Origin: Podarcis tiliguerta
Lineage: Eukaryota
NCBI GenBank assembly: GCA_965153285.1
Contig: OZ229110.1
Strand: one strand, 5' to 3'
Length of the DNA: 64,000 bases
Part shown: positions 13,035 through 25,128 of the stretch, piece by piece
Layout of the letters: every line of letters starts with the position of its first letter
Numbering within the stretch: position 1 is the first letter of the stretch
Program-made: the position numbers and the translations under genes
The notes under the pieces: generated by a model
What the model saw: the letters and a program-made list of their open reading frames with translations, nothing else
Told to the model about the DNA's origin: nothing
Databases searched by the model: none

Positions 13035-14364
13035 GGTAAGAAAGATTCTTACACATTTCCCCTTGATTATTAGGAACCAAAGTGGCAACTGAATATCCCA
13101 AAGAACAATTACATTAGAGGTCAATGAGAATGATGCATCTCTTCATTGTAGTATAGTCTGGGAATGGGTTGACTTCATTCAGCGTGCCTGTGTATCTGAC
13201 CCTCATTGCTGCCTCCTTTGAGACTTCTTTGACAAATGCATGTCTCCTAATCTGTAAAAAGCCATGACACTCTGTAGTTAATGTTAAGAACTTTTGCTCC
13301 ATCGTAGGTTTGGCCATATATCAACCTTTCTAGCCTATATCTCTGAAGCTGAGCAGGGATACGGTGAGGACCATAACATTTATTAACATGGTGCCCACTA
13401 TTAATAAGCCTCAATGCCTTTCTCAGTGAAAAACTGTTAGCAATTTCCCCTTCATATATTTTTTAAAAATATGACTGCTGCCTCACTCTAAAAAATACAA
13501 GTGGCTCAAATGGATTCATCTGAAGGATATGCCACATGCTTCCTTGATTTATGACCAATGTTCTTGTTCCTTTCTTTCCCCTTTCTTCTCTCTCTCTTCA
13601 TGGCAAGTGCCTGGAAAAGTCAGGGACTCTGCAGGGAGAACAACAGAAATGGTGAATAGATTTAGTAGGATATTTGGAAGTGAAAGGCATTACACAAAAT
13701 ACCTTTCTTGGCTTTTCAACTTCACACAGTGAAGTTTGATAGGATAAAATATAGTTATTAATCAAGGTTATAGCACTTTTACAGCCCAATCCAATGCTTG
13801 TTTTCTTGGTAGCCTCACTCAGTTCAACGGGACGTCCACCCTGCAAAATATGCAACATTAGGCTGAAATCCTATACCTAGTTACGTGGAGTAAACCCTAT
13901 TGAAGATAATGGAATTAACTTATGAGTAGACAAGTGTGCTGTTAGTGTACAAAGTGTATCACAGTCTTTTTATTGTTTTCATTATAACTGAAGCCAAACA
14001 ATGGGAATTTGCTCACGGCAAGTCTCTGGCTCAAGAAGACTTTGATTTTCCAAATCCAAGTTCAGCAATTCTGTTGACTTGATGAGACCTCAGTGGTCTT
14101 GAATATCCATCTCCTGGTATAATTTGGTAGATCGACAAGCTCCTCGGTTGAAATAAAACTCTGCCGGATTAGTTCTCCACCCAAGGAGGAGCTAGAAGAG
14201 TCAAGTGATGTGTTCAGTTCAGTGCAATTATGGTCCAAATAAAAGCCTCAGAAAGCTCTTAATAACAGGCAAGCACCCTTGCCCTTTCCCAGATGAGTGT
14301 TGTGTAGTAGATGGCAGAAGGACTTCTTTCTGATTCTGTAAATTGCATGCCTCAAAGACAAGAT

Positions 14365-14532
14365 GTAAACTAATTTATCACTGTCCCACTGAATTGCAGG
14401 CTTCAGCTGATCAAGGAGGATTTTGTGATCAATGGTGTCAAATGCTAAAGAGATGTCAAGGAGCAGCAGCCAATTAACCTTACCTGATTTAGTGACAATC
14501 AATAGGGCACTTGTGACCATTAATGATGGCAT
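14365..14532 (-). mobile_element. L2/CR1-group reverse transcriptase fragment
   Basis: Peptide LLLLDISLAFDTIDHKILLDQL matches the LINE RT motif LDLSxAFDTxDHxILL. Confidence 0.75.
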
Positions 14533-16511
14533 TTTCTATAGAATGGGCTCCAATGGAAATGAACCTAATACTAAAAAGATCAGCTGGACTTTGAAAGTAG
14601 CCTGAATGTAGTGTGTTAGGAAAACTATCAAAAAGAACAAAGTCTTCCAAGGCAATACAAATATTGCTGCTATTTTCTTCTTCTCAACAGTAATAACTCT
14701 CTCAGGGTTGTGATATCCCGACTTTCTGTTAGGTCTATCAGTTATTACTTAGGAATTTCTAGGTTCCTTTGCCACTCTGAAAATGACAACCTTTTCATTT
14801 TCTTTACCAGAAGTGATGGCATGTATGTTATAAGTTTTGCTCCAAGAAAATGTTATTAGATTGTATCATATAAGGAATTATTTTATAGTAATATAATCTC
14901 ACTCAAATGGGAATTGATGTGTGTTTTATTTCTGTTTCTGTGGGCAATGGAATAGAAAAGAGAGAGAAGTTGTTTTCTGATTTTGTTGTTGGCAATATAG
15001 GGGCGAGCTTGTTAACGATTTCACAAAATATAAAATTGGGTAAAAATACAAAAAAAATGATTCCATTCAGAGAATCTTTAAGTACTTTGGAAAATACATT
15101 ATCTGACCAATGGGAATATGAAAGCATCATAGTGGTATAGTCATTTAGGAAAGTTTTCTGGAATTTCTGTCTTTCCTGAAGTGTAGCTACCAGTGTGTTG
15201 GACCAGCACAAGTAATGCAGAAGGGGGGGGGGGGAGAGAGAAGATCCAAATTATCTCTGTAGATCTTGATAACATAAACTGTGAAGAATCTATCTTTATG
15301 AGGGGACACCTATATGTAAGAACAAGTAATGGCTAGTATGGTGGGACGGTGCCACTGAGCTATCCACCCCAAACCACATGGCTGCCACTTACCTGTGGGA
15401 GTGGGGGGCGTAGGTTGGCATTGAGGATGGGGCTGCGAAGGAGCCAATCCAACACTGACTCTGGTGTTCCCACTCAGCCCCAACTTCACTTTGCCCCACC
15501 CCATCTAGGTAAGCAGCAGCAACATCAGTGTTGGGAGGGCAACACTCACCCACTGCACCAGAATGCTGTTCAGCTGGAAACAAAGTATGTGTTGTATTTG
15601 GTTTAGTGTGTTGAGAGGGAAATCTGGTCTTCTAATCCTAACTAAAGTCAGAAAGATGCATTTTTTGTTGCTGAGCTGTTGACTAGGTAACTTGTGAGGC
15701 TTCTCAGATTTTATATGGTTCACTAGAATTCAAAAAGTTTGAACGTGATAGGTCGTTTATCAGACATTCCATTTAAACTTACTGGTTTTGGAATTCTTGT
15801 GTGAAGCTGGTGATAGGTTAAAGGGTTCTTACTGGAGAGAATAAAAGGGCAGGTTCAGCACAGTTTAAGGACAGTCTTTGGAAGACTGTGAAGAGATTCA
15901 TTGAGGGTCTAAAGAAGATACTATAAAGAGGCAAGAAACAAGCTTAAAGATTGATTCTGGAACTCAGAGCTGCAGCAATATTTTGTGCATGTGGCTAAGA
16001 GTCTGCATATAATCATTGAAAGATGGGATCTTGTGTGTATGTGTATTATATACAGTGCTTTTTTTCGCAGTTTGGAACAGTCGGAAATACTGGGAAAGGG
16101 CTGCTTACTGCCAGCTTTGCGGGGAGTGAAGGCTGTGGTCTGGTTTGGCTGCAGCAAGTTGGAATATCCTTCTAGTTCTGGTGTAATGGCGGGAAGATGC
16201 AATTCCCTCCTCTGTTGGGTACACAGGCTGCTGGGGCTCGCCAGCCATTGTAGTCAATTGTGGGTAAGTTGGGGGAGGCATGGTATGAGGAGAAGACCAG
16301 AGGAAAGATTTCCCCTCTCTGGTCTGCTCCCTGGCTCTAAACGCAGCAGGCCTAGCTATAGAAGTCTTCAGTTACCATATTTGGGGCCAGGAAGTAATTT
16401 GCCTTCAGACAAATTGGACCTGTCTGGGATTTTTGCGTACTTCATAGCAATTGTCACAACCAGATGGCAGATAAGGCACTGGGTTGAATCCTTAGCCAGA
16501 GTGAAGCGGGG

Positions 16512-16916
16512 TGTAGCCCCTCTGCCCCTCAAATTCAGGGTATCCCCTTAAGGGATCCATGGGGGAGGTGCTTTTGTCCAGACACTTGGGGGGGGGGGGC
16601 TGATGAGCCATAGCATCCTCCAAAATGGTGATCTTGAGGAGGTCACCTTGTTTTGATGTACAGTATAGGGCGATCATAAACCGTGGTTAACCTTGCAAAA
16701 AATAACCAACCAGCAGTCAGGTTGGTTGATCCAGGGTAGACATCACATCTGTGAACTGCCTGGAGATCTTATGATGGCGTATAAATATAATCAATCAATC
16801 AATCCTATGCCTATGCCAAAACCTGCTGACATCAATAAAGTTGTAGCTTGTTTAAATCCCATTTGGCTATCCTGTAGTTATCTAAACCTTATAATGCTTT
16901 GGCCCTGCCTCCTGCA
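16512..16916 (+). mobile_element. Probable solo LTR remnant
   Basis: Starts TGTAG; TATAAATA near 16780; AATAAAGTTGTAGC at 16834 is shared with the elements at 11890 and 26514; 3' end approximate. Confidence 0.45.
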
Positions 16917-17257
16917 GCTTTACTGCACCTGTAAAACAAACCAGAGACCTTCAGAGTTTGATGACAGTGTTGAGATTGTACATTAATTTACTCAATTTGA
17001 AGGTAGCTGGTAGGACTGTGAAACCCCAGCCACATAAGCTTGCAGAATGTGAACTTGCAGAATATATAGAAAATAAAGCAACAGAGGATATGGGTGCTCA
17101 GTATAGTTGCAAGTTGGCATCTAACTAGGGTTATTTGGTGCTCAGAGGTGTGTATTTCTGATGCACTCAGTGGCACTGTCCTTTAGCTGTTTTGTGCATA
17201 CAGAAAAAGTTCTATTTAGTATGTAACAAATATCTTAATAGAATGTGGATGTTTATC

Positions 17258-17300
17258 AATAAAAGCTGTAGATGCTAAATAAAAGCTGTAGATGCTAAAT
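17258..17300. repeat. Perfect 20-bp tandem duplication (AATAAAAGCTGTAGATGCTA)x2
   Basis: Directly visible in the sequence. Confidence 0.9.
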
Positions 17301-18347
17301 ATGAAATGGAGAAAACTGTGTTTTCTTGGTTGGAAGTGAGAAACATTTTAGCCAAGTCATTTTTTCTGGTTTCATGTGTACTCCATAAAGTTCCTTTATT
17401 TTTATTTTTTAAGGCAATGATTTTTGTGAGTTGTTATGCTGTGCCATGGATTGCAAAGTTACAGTTGTCCCCATTCATGCATATTTTTTGCCTGATACTG
17501 CACTGCACCATCAATACTGCACGGTCCTAATACCCCTAATAGCCAAGTCAGAAAGAATTGGTTTCAAACATAATTTTTATGTCGGTGGCAAAGCAGTAGG
17601 ATTTAATGTGGGGTATTTTAATACATTTGGACCAGAAGGGACTGAAATGTTTCGAGGTGCTGTGAACAGGGCAAAGATGCTGCTCTTACTTTGAATTGGT
17701 GCACTAATATCATTCCAGCTACTGCAAAGTGCTGGTCTTGAGAGGGGCAGCGACAAAGCCATGAAAAACTTATTCAAGGAATAACTTGTGCTCCTTTTGA
17801 TGCCGAAAGCATTCAGCGGTGAACATCAGCACAGCTGCAGTTTAAACATTGCGAAAATATTCATGTCATCTTTGTAATAATCTGATGGAGCATTTAAGCT
17901 GTCCAGTTGTGAAGGTCCTTGACACTGAATAAAGATAAAGACATAAAAAGCGCAGCAATAAAGAGCAAGCTATACAATGATGACATCCAGTGCCTTGGGA
18001 TATCGTATTAGCCTCAAAAACCTGAAGCACATGCTCCCAACTAGAGGGAAATGATAAGAAAAAAATACTCCTTAGAGATCCCAGACCTCCTGCCAATACT
18101 GATGCTTAGAATTAAAGCCATTTGCTGTTATGCTTCACTTAACCTTCCGGATTGAAGATCAAAACTTTATAAAACTGTTAAGTGCTTGAAAAAATAACTC
18201 CAAAGCAATGTTGAACCCTGTGCACTTAAAATGCAAAGCACTCAGTCTCCTCCTGTGAGACAGAAACAGGATCAGCACTGGCTTCATAAAACTGATTCTC
18301 AATGTGATCTGAGAGTTGTAAAGGATAATCCTCCTGTTTGTCCCTCT

Positions 18348-18365
18348 GTCTCTTCTGTCTCTCTG

Positions 18366-18396
<31 letters not shown>
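18348..18396. repeat. (CT)n/(CTGT) microsatellite
   Basis: Directly visible in the sequence. Confidence 0.85.
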
Positions 18397-18495
18397 GCTG
18401 TTTGCCATCTATGCAGATACCCAGTTGAGTTCTCTTATACTGGGTGGTTTAGAAGATTGATGGCCGGAATCCCAATTTTCCTCAGATGTTTAGAG

Positions 18496-18885
18496 TGATG
18501 ATGATAATAATAATAATTTTATTATCTATACCCCGCCCATCTGGCTGGGTTTCCCCAGCCACTCTGGGCAGCTTCCAACAGAGGACTAAAAACAGAATAA
18601 AACGTCAGTCATTAAAAACTTCCCTAAACAGGGCTGCCTTCAGATGTCTTCTAAAGGTCAGATAACTGTTTATGTCCTTGACATCTGATGGGAGGGCGTT
18701 CCATAGGACAGGCACCACTACCGAGAAGGCTCTCTGCCTGCTTCCCTGTAACTTTGCTTCTCGCAGTGCCAGAAGGCCCTCGGCACTGGACCTCAGTGTC
18801 TGGGCTGAACCATGGGGGTGGAGATGCTCCTTCAGGTATACAGGACTGAGGCTATTTAGGGCTTTAAAGGTCAGCACCAACTCTT
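18496..18885 (-). mobile_element. L2-clade LINE 3' fragment
   Basis: Minus ORF LVLTFKALNSLSPVYLKEHL...RAFSVVVPVLWNALPSDVK...FRRHLKAALF; simple-repeat tail; same family as 10722-11070. Confidence 0.88.
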
Positions 18886-19347
18886 TGAAGGTCAGAAAGT
18901 TCTTGTGTGGGGAAACTCCATCTGCAATGCAGAACTGCTTTGCAGCACACACTGTTATGAGCTTAAAAGCAGTTTCACATAATAGATTTGACATTTGAAT
19001 TGACAGTGCTGTTTTGCCCTCCCCAATATAAACTTATTCACTCTAAGATCTAGAAATCATTCTAACTGGATGAGGTACTGAGCCTTTAGGCTCTCTGTCT
19101 ATATAGGTTATAAGATATTCTTCATCCATGTTTCATTCTACGTTTTTAGGAACAATTATTCAGCAATATTTTTAAAGTGCTAGTTTCTGCCTGTGTGCAA
19201 TCATCCAGTTTTTAAATCTTAGGTTTTGTTGCATGTCTAAAAGTGCAGTGATTTCAATGCAAATGTATGTTGCCGAATCAACTGTTTAGCTGTGTTCAGG
19301 TAGTTTTTTATTAATTTGATTAAGGTGTGGGGCACAAATAATAGAAT

Positions 19348-19371
19348 TACTACTACTACTACTACTACTAC
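19348..19371. repeat. (ACT)n microsatellite
   Basis: Directly visible in the sequence. Confidence 0.85.
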
Positions 19372-22165
19372 ACATACCAGTGAGTCACCCTGGGGGTCCA
19401 AATTCATGGCCTGACATCACATGGGGGAAGTGTGTTGCTGCTTGCTTCCCATTTTGAGAGAGAACACTGATAATTTCTTTGCTGATCTACAGCACAGCCA
19501 TCTAAGTACAGTTTATGTCCAGTTGGGAGTGTGCGATTTAATCTGACTCTTCACTCTCAGGTGGTTCAGAACCTCTCTTTGAAGTAATTTCGTACAAATT
19601 ACTTTCCACTGTGCTGTATAATGAAGGGAAGCCTTTGCGAGTATTTCTGACTTTTTACAAAAGAGGGTCTCCTGAAACAAAACTCCAAAGGCATCAAAAA
19701 TCCGTATAATGGGATCTATAGAAACTTTTAGAAATTGCCATTTATATACTAATTGTTTGTGGCTCCTTGTCTTTAGAATATCCTCATCAAAGAAGTTTAC
19801 TTGGCATTATCCCCCCTCCCACTAGTTTTCTTTCAAATTTCTATACAGTATTTTTGCTGCCCTATATGACCTGTTTGTTTGGTTTTTATAATTAATATTT
19901 ATATTTTGTCTGCAAAGCAGAAGATATGGCAATAGAGGGTCTAGCAATGTTTTAAATTTAGTAAGTATTGCTCACAGAATTAACTATGTGGAAGAACATC
20001 ATCCATATGAACCTTGACCACAGAACTACAGTAGCTGTGGAGATAACAGAAGATTGTAATATTTATTTCGTTAAGACACTTATAAATCCCTTCCTCCAAA
20101 AGAGCTAAGAGGGATGTGTATGTATACACTGTGCAACATAGACATCAATAAAAATAGTAACTAAAATTAAAGTACTAACACACCATTAAAAAATAAGTAG
20201 AACATTAAATAGCATGAGAGCCAATATGGAACGCCGTAGGTCCCCATAGCAATGTTACTATGGGTTCAAAGAGGAGTTTCCACATGTTACTCTCTGGCAG
20301 TGATCCTGGAGGCAGGATCCTCCCACTGTACCTCCCACTGTAACACAGTGCCCTCAGCCCCCATGGACACTATAGGATGATATTGTGGTCTACAATAATC
20401 AAAGCCAACAAGAGGCTAAGGAAAATTAAGAATAGTATTTTTCCATCTCCCTCCAGGTCATCAGTCAGATGGCTTTGGTGCTGAAACTGGGCCAGAAACT
20501 GCTTCATCCTGGTGTGCCTACAGTTGCCCAGCCCACCATCCTCTCAAGCACCTTACTCAAAAAAGGGATGCTAATAATTGCCTGGGGCTGATGGGGCCAT
20601 AGTCCAAACCTTCAGGAGGGCACTATGTTGGTGAAGGCTGTCATAGTATTATAGCGTATTTCACTTATACGCAAGGAAACAGTGATGCACACCTGGAGAC
20701 ATGGGATAGAATCTGGAACTGAGCAAAGTAATTACCCTGCTTGCCTAAGTTTCTAACTTATTCATGCAACAACTAATAGAGCACATCTGTCTTCTTCATG
20801 TATTTCACATTATCTTAAATGTGAATCATTTTGCTACTGTGTTGGCCTTTGACTCTGCACAGCTATGACTGGTAAGCAAGCTTATGAATCTCAATTCATA
20901 TCTCCATATCTATTCTCCATGGTATATTTACCATGGCAGAGTTATGGGACCAGGTGTGTGACCAAAGATCATTACATTTTGTCGCATTTTTCATGGTACA
21001 ATAGGTAAATCTCATAAAAAGGCCGACAACTGTACAATAAGAACCGCCTGCATTATTTCAAACCAGCAATTGAATTCTATCAATCATAGTATCCTTTGCT
21101 GTCAGGAAAGAAAACAAGAGAGAGTTATGCTGCAGAAACGACAAAAAGCTTAGGGCAAATTAAATTAGATCATACCGCCTAATCTGCAAAAGAAATGTAC
21201 CTGAAAAATGGGTAATATAAAATGGCGGGGGTAGGGGAGAAACAACACGGAGCTTACAGCATATAATTGATAAAGGTCTAGACATTAGAGTATCAAATAA
21301 TAAAAAGAACATGAATAGATACAATCACATCCATGGAAACACAAGCCAGGCAAAGAAAATCTGAATATGCAAATGATATTAGAATATGTATGGTATACAA
21401 TTAGAATGCGATTTCTGAGAAGAGCTGTGTTAGTAATCTGTCCTAAAGTTCTTTATACTCTTCAAGGGCAACATGGTACTGAACAATTCTTGCTTGTAAA
21501 GCAGAAGATGATGTCTCAGCATAATGTAGTAGGTCATTTTAAATGGGGGAAAAAGATACTGCAATATAATTCTATCATATGCAACGTGTTCCATTAAAAA
21601 TAACTAGAGCAGCAGCACTATAGTTCAAAAAAGCACCTTAAAAATAAACAAAATAATGAATGAAGATGTTCCTTAATACTGGCAGGAACGCGTATAGCAG
21701 CCTTTTTTACCCTCATTTGTATGGTTTACTGGGTGAAGCTTAGAGGCTAATAGAACTCCTCATGTGCTTTGCTGGCATAAATGACTTTATGTGTGTGATT
21801 TAAGACTAGCCTTTTGGATAGACATTTAATTCTGTGTTACAAAAGGGATAAATAACATATTAAATGTAAGTAACAGTGGCTACTGCATGTGCCTTTGGGA
21901 ACTGAACGTACCTAAAGTTTGAGGCACCCATGATAAGAGCAAATAAGACATGCTTTAAATGTACATTTTTTGCCATTGTCCACAACCACATTTAGGAAGG
22001 ACTTCAAGGGCTACCCATTGCTTCAGAACTACAAGATGATAGTGTTTTATCATTTCACAGTGTACTTGGCATAGCTGTCAACTTTCAGATTTGAAAATAA
22101 GGGATCAGCGGCCTCAAAAATAAGGGATTGGCAGCCAAAATAAGGGATCAGCAGCCTCACCTGTC

Positions 22166-22252
22166 CCAGGCACTCCTGTCTTCCACTGCCTCCCGCAGTT
22201 TGGTCAAACTCATGTTGGTAGCTTCGAGAACACTGTCCAACCATCTTGTCCT
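22166..22252 (-). mobile_element. BovB (RTE) LINE near-3' fragment inside the hAT element
   Basis: Reverse complement AGATGGTTGGACAGTGTTCTCGAAGCTACCAACATGAGTTTGACCAAACTGCGGGAGGCAGTGGAAGACAGGAGTGCCTGG translates as RWLDSVLEATNMSLTKLREAVEDRSAW, the BovB-type ORF end. Confidence 0.8.
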
Positions 22253-22508
22253 TATGGTTCAATGTTACTAGTGAGCAAAGCTACCCAGTCAGGATATCTT
22301 TCTCCTAACTTTTGGGGTTACGTTTCTATTTAGCTGTCCATTAATACTAACAAACGGTATCTCCCATTCATCTCTCAGATCCCCTTGTAAATCTAAAGTA
22401 CTGACCTCACCACATCCTGCGGTAAAAAAATTCCCCAAGTTAATTACACATTGTGTGAAGGTAAGTGTGTGAAGCTACAGCATTCCTACTATCAGCTTAA
22501 GTGACACA

Positions 22509-22513
<5 letters not shown>

Positions 22514-22568
<55 letters not shown>
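22514..22568. repeat. (CT)n(CA)n compound microsatellite
   Basis: Directly visible in the sequence. Confidence 0.95.
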
Positions 22569-22571
<3 letters not shown>

Positions 22572-22961
22572 TAGAGCCCCTCCGAGCCAAAGGCAGAAAG
22601 CCCAGCCAGCAGCCAAACAAAGCCTCAAGCGGTGGTTCCCACTGCGCAGCAACCCGGCAAAGGGATACAGCAGGGAAGTGCTGAAGGAAAGGCAAGTCCC
22701 CAGGCAACGCAGCTGATTTGATCGGAACAATGCATGCAAGCTCCACCCCCCTGTCGTTCTCAGACTCCTTATTGGGCAGCCAAGCAATGCAGTTGAGGAG
22801 CCTCCCTGGCCAGCAGGGAGCCGGGAGGGAGAGGAGCTGCTTTCTTTGAAATCTGGGAAATTTACGGGCTATCAACAATCTGGGATAGCAGCGGGAAACG
22901 TCACTGGAATATGGGAGTTTCCCACCAAATAAGGAAGGTTGACAGCTATGGTACTTGGCCC

Positions 22962-23335
22962 CGGGGGTGAACGAAGGTGTTGTGACACCTGGGGCGGGGC
23001 ATTGCTACATAGGGCGCATGTGCGACATCACTATGTGTGACACATGTGCCGTACGTAGAGATGCCACACGTGCGCTATACATAGCGGTTTGCCGCTCGAC
23101 CGCCATACGGACGGTGCCGGGATCCCTCCATTGCCGCTACAGCTGCAAACGGAGGATCCTCTACATGTGGCTGTAGCAGCAACGGAGGGATCCCACCACC
23201 ATCCATGCAGCGCTCGGTCCTCCACATGCGGCTGCGGCGGCATGATGGCTGCTCACACTGCCACGAGGTGCCTTCTTGTCACCCCCCCAGACATGGCACC
23301 CGGGGCAAACCGTCCCCCCCATTGCAACGCCACTG
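22962..23335. mobile_element. GC/CpG-rich hAT-type MITE
   Basis: Perfect 8-bp TSD CTTGGCCC (22954-61, 23336-43); imperfect termini CGGGGGTG / CGCCACTG; CpG-rich. Confidence 0.7.
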
Positions 23336-23413
23336 CTTGGCCCTGGCAGCAAGGTTCCATAATACATAGCCTGTGTTGATTTCACAGCCATCTCAACATT
23401 TGTGTGAGACAGG

Positions 23414-23414
<1 letters not shown>

Positions 23415-23448
<34 letters not shown>
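23415..23448. repeat. (TG)n microsatellite
   Basis: Directly visible in the sequence. Confidence 0.95.
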
Positions 23449-23449
<1 letters not shown>

Positions 23450-23559
23450 TGAATGACCCTCCCTACATTCACTAAGCTGTAGGGTTAGTTGCCCTGGTTG
23501 AGCATAAGTCCTGCAAGAAGACACTTGCTGCACCAAGAAAAGCAAGGAGTGATGCCCAG

Positions 23560-24570
23560 CAGATTGTCAGAACATTCAGCTTGCCTGCTGTCAGTAGCAA
23601 CACCCACTAAATGTCTGAAGGCATGAAGAAGGCCTTTGGAACAGCCGTCAAGAAAACTGCACCACTGAAAACCTTGTCTGGAGAAATCATCACAGACTGC
23701 AGCAAGCAGATGAAGCAATGGGCAGAGAGCACTATTAAGAATTGTACTTGCAGGAAAACATGGTTGCTGACATAGCAGTTGACAGCGTTCAGACTCTGCC
23801 TGTCTTGAAGATCTGGGTGTCTGTCCTTCCCTTGATGATCTGAAGAACACCATCAACTCATAGGCATGTGGTAAAACCCCAGGACGGGATGGAATCCCAA
23901 CAGAAGTGTTGATAGCCAGCCTCAACTCCTCCCTCATGATGCAACTCTGCGGCCTTCTCTTGCAGTGTTGGGAAACAGGATGCATGCCACAAGACATGCA
24001 CAACTCAAGCGTTGTGACCCTCTATAAGAACAAAGGTGACCACCATGATTGTAACAACTACTGAGGAATCTCCCTGCTGAGTGCTGCGTGGAAAACCTTT
24101 AACCATGTAGTTCTCAACAGATTACAGTCACTGTCTAACAGGGTCTATCTCAAGTCACAATGTGGCTTTAGAGCCCAGAGGTCAACAGTCAACATGATTT
24201 TCTCACTCCGCCAGCTGCAGGAGAAATGCCGAGAGCAGAGATGCCCCTTGTGCACCACCTTCATAGACTTGATGAAAGACTTTGATCTCATCAGCCAAAA
24301 AGGACTTCTCACACTGGTCAATAAAATAGGATGCTCACGTAAGCTCCATAAAATGATTGTGTTATTCCAGGAGAACATATGCAGCACAATCCAGTATGAA
24401 GGCTCATCCTGTGAAATAGGGCTGTGTTCTCACTCCAACTCTCTCTGGCCTATTCTTCTCCCTGTTGTTCTCATATGCCCTCAGCTTGACTGAAGATGGT
24501 GTGTACATCCATTCAAGGAGTGACATGGGTCTGTTCTACCTGTCTCCATGCCAAGACAAAAGTGCAGAGC
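23560..24570 (+). mobile_element. Degenerate RTE-clade LINE, internal RT region
   Basis: Motifs PGRDGIPTEV, VVTLYKNKGD..DCNNY*GISLLS, SQCGFRA.RST..MIFSLRQLQEKCREQR.PL..FIDL.K.FD; contains stops, frameshifts and deletions. Confidence 0.9.
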
Positions 24571-24880
24571 AAAACAACAAAGCACAATGACCACACTTTT
24601 CTTTCTTTCTTTTTAAATAAAGTAACCAGATTATCTTGGAGCGATGGTAGTGTGGGGCTCAATTAAATCAGGTGCATTGTGTTTAAAGAATGCTACAAGT
24701 CCTGAGACTCCAGTCCAAAATATAGTTTATTTAGAAGTTAAACCTGTAGAATCTGGTGAGGTTTCCCTTAATGTAAGCAAGTTTAGAATCCACCTATATT
24801 TTCTCTATGGTCTTTTTAAATTATTATTATCGTGGCACTGTAGATATTATGCTGGGAAATATAAAAGGTAAATTGAACTA

Positions 24881-25128
24881 CAGTCATACCTCGGGTTAAA
24901 TATGCTTCGAGTTGAGCGCGTTTGAGTTCGAGTTGCACGTTCGAGTTGTGTTACTTCCGGGTTTCGCCGCTTGCGCATGTGCAGACGCTCAAAAGGACGT
25001 CACACACATGCGCAAAAGCGGCAAAAATCGACGCATGTGTGCGCAGATGTTCCTTTGCTAGTTACGTTTACCTCTAGATGGGAACGGGGCTCCGGAATGG
25101 ATCCCGTTCATATCTAGAGGTACCACTG
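24881..25128. mobile_element. Tc1/mariner (pogo/Tigger-like) MITE
   Basis: CAGTCATACCTCGG ... TAGAGGTACCACTG with TA on both sides; termini related to 1838-2063. Confidence 0.85.

Larger units (their letters stand above)
22070..22950. mobile_element. Non-autonomous hAT transposon (881 bp)
   Basis: TIRs CATAGCTGTCAACTTT / AAGGTTGACAGCTATG; perfect 8-bp TSD GTACTTGG (22062-69, 22951-58); subterminal AAAATAAGGGAT x3. Confidence 0.92.

Noticed and set aside
14580-15211. Possible decayed L1 ORF2 fragment on the minus strand
   Set aside because: Composition is suggestive, but no diagnostic motif could be read with confidence.
15985-16551. Longest ORF (188 aa)
   Set aside because: Non-ATG start, no recognisable domain, and it runs into an LTR-like repeat; treated as a chance ORF.
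23485-24003. 172-aa minus-strand ORF
   Set aside because: Antisense shadow of the RTE LINE fragment.
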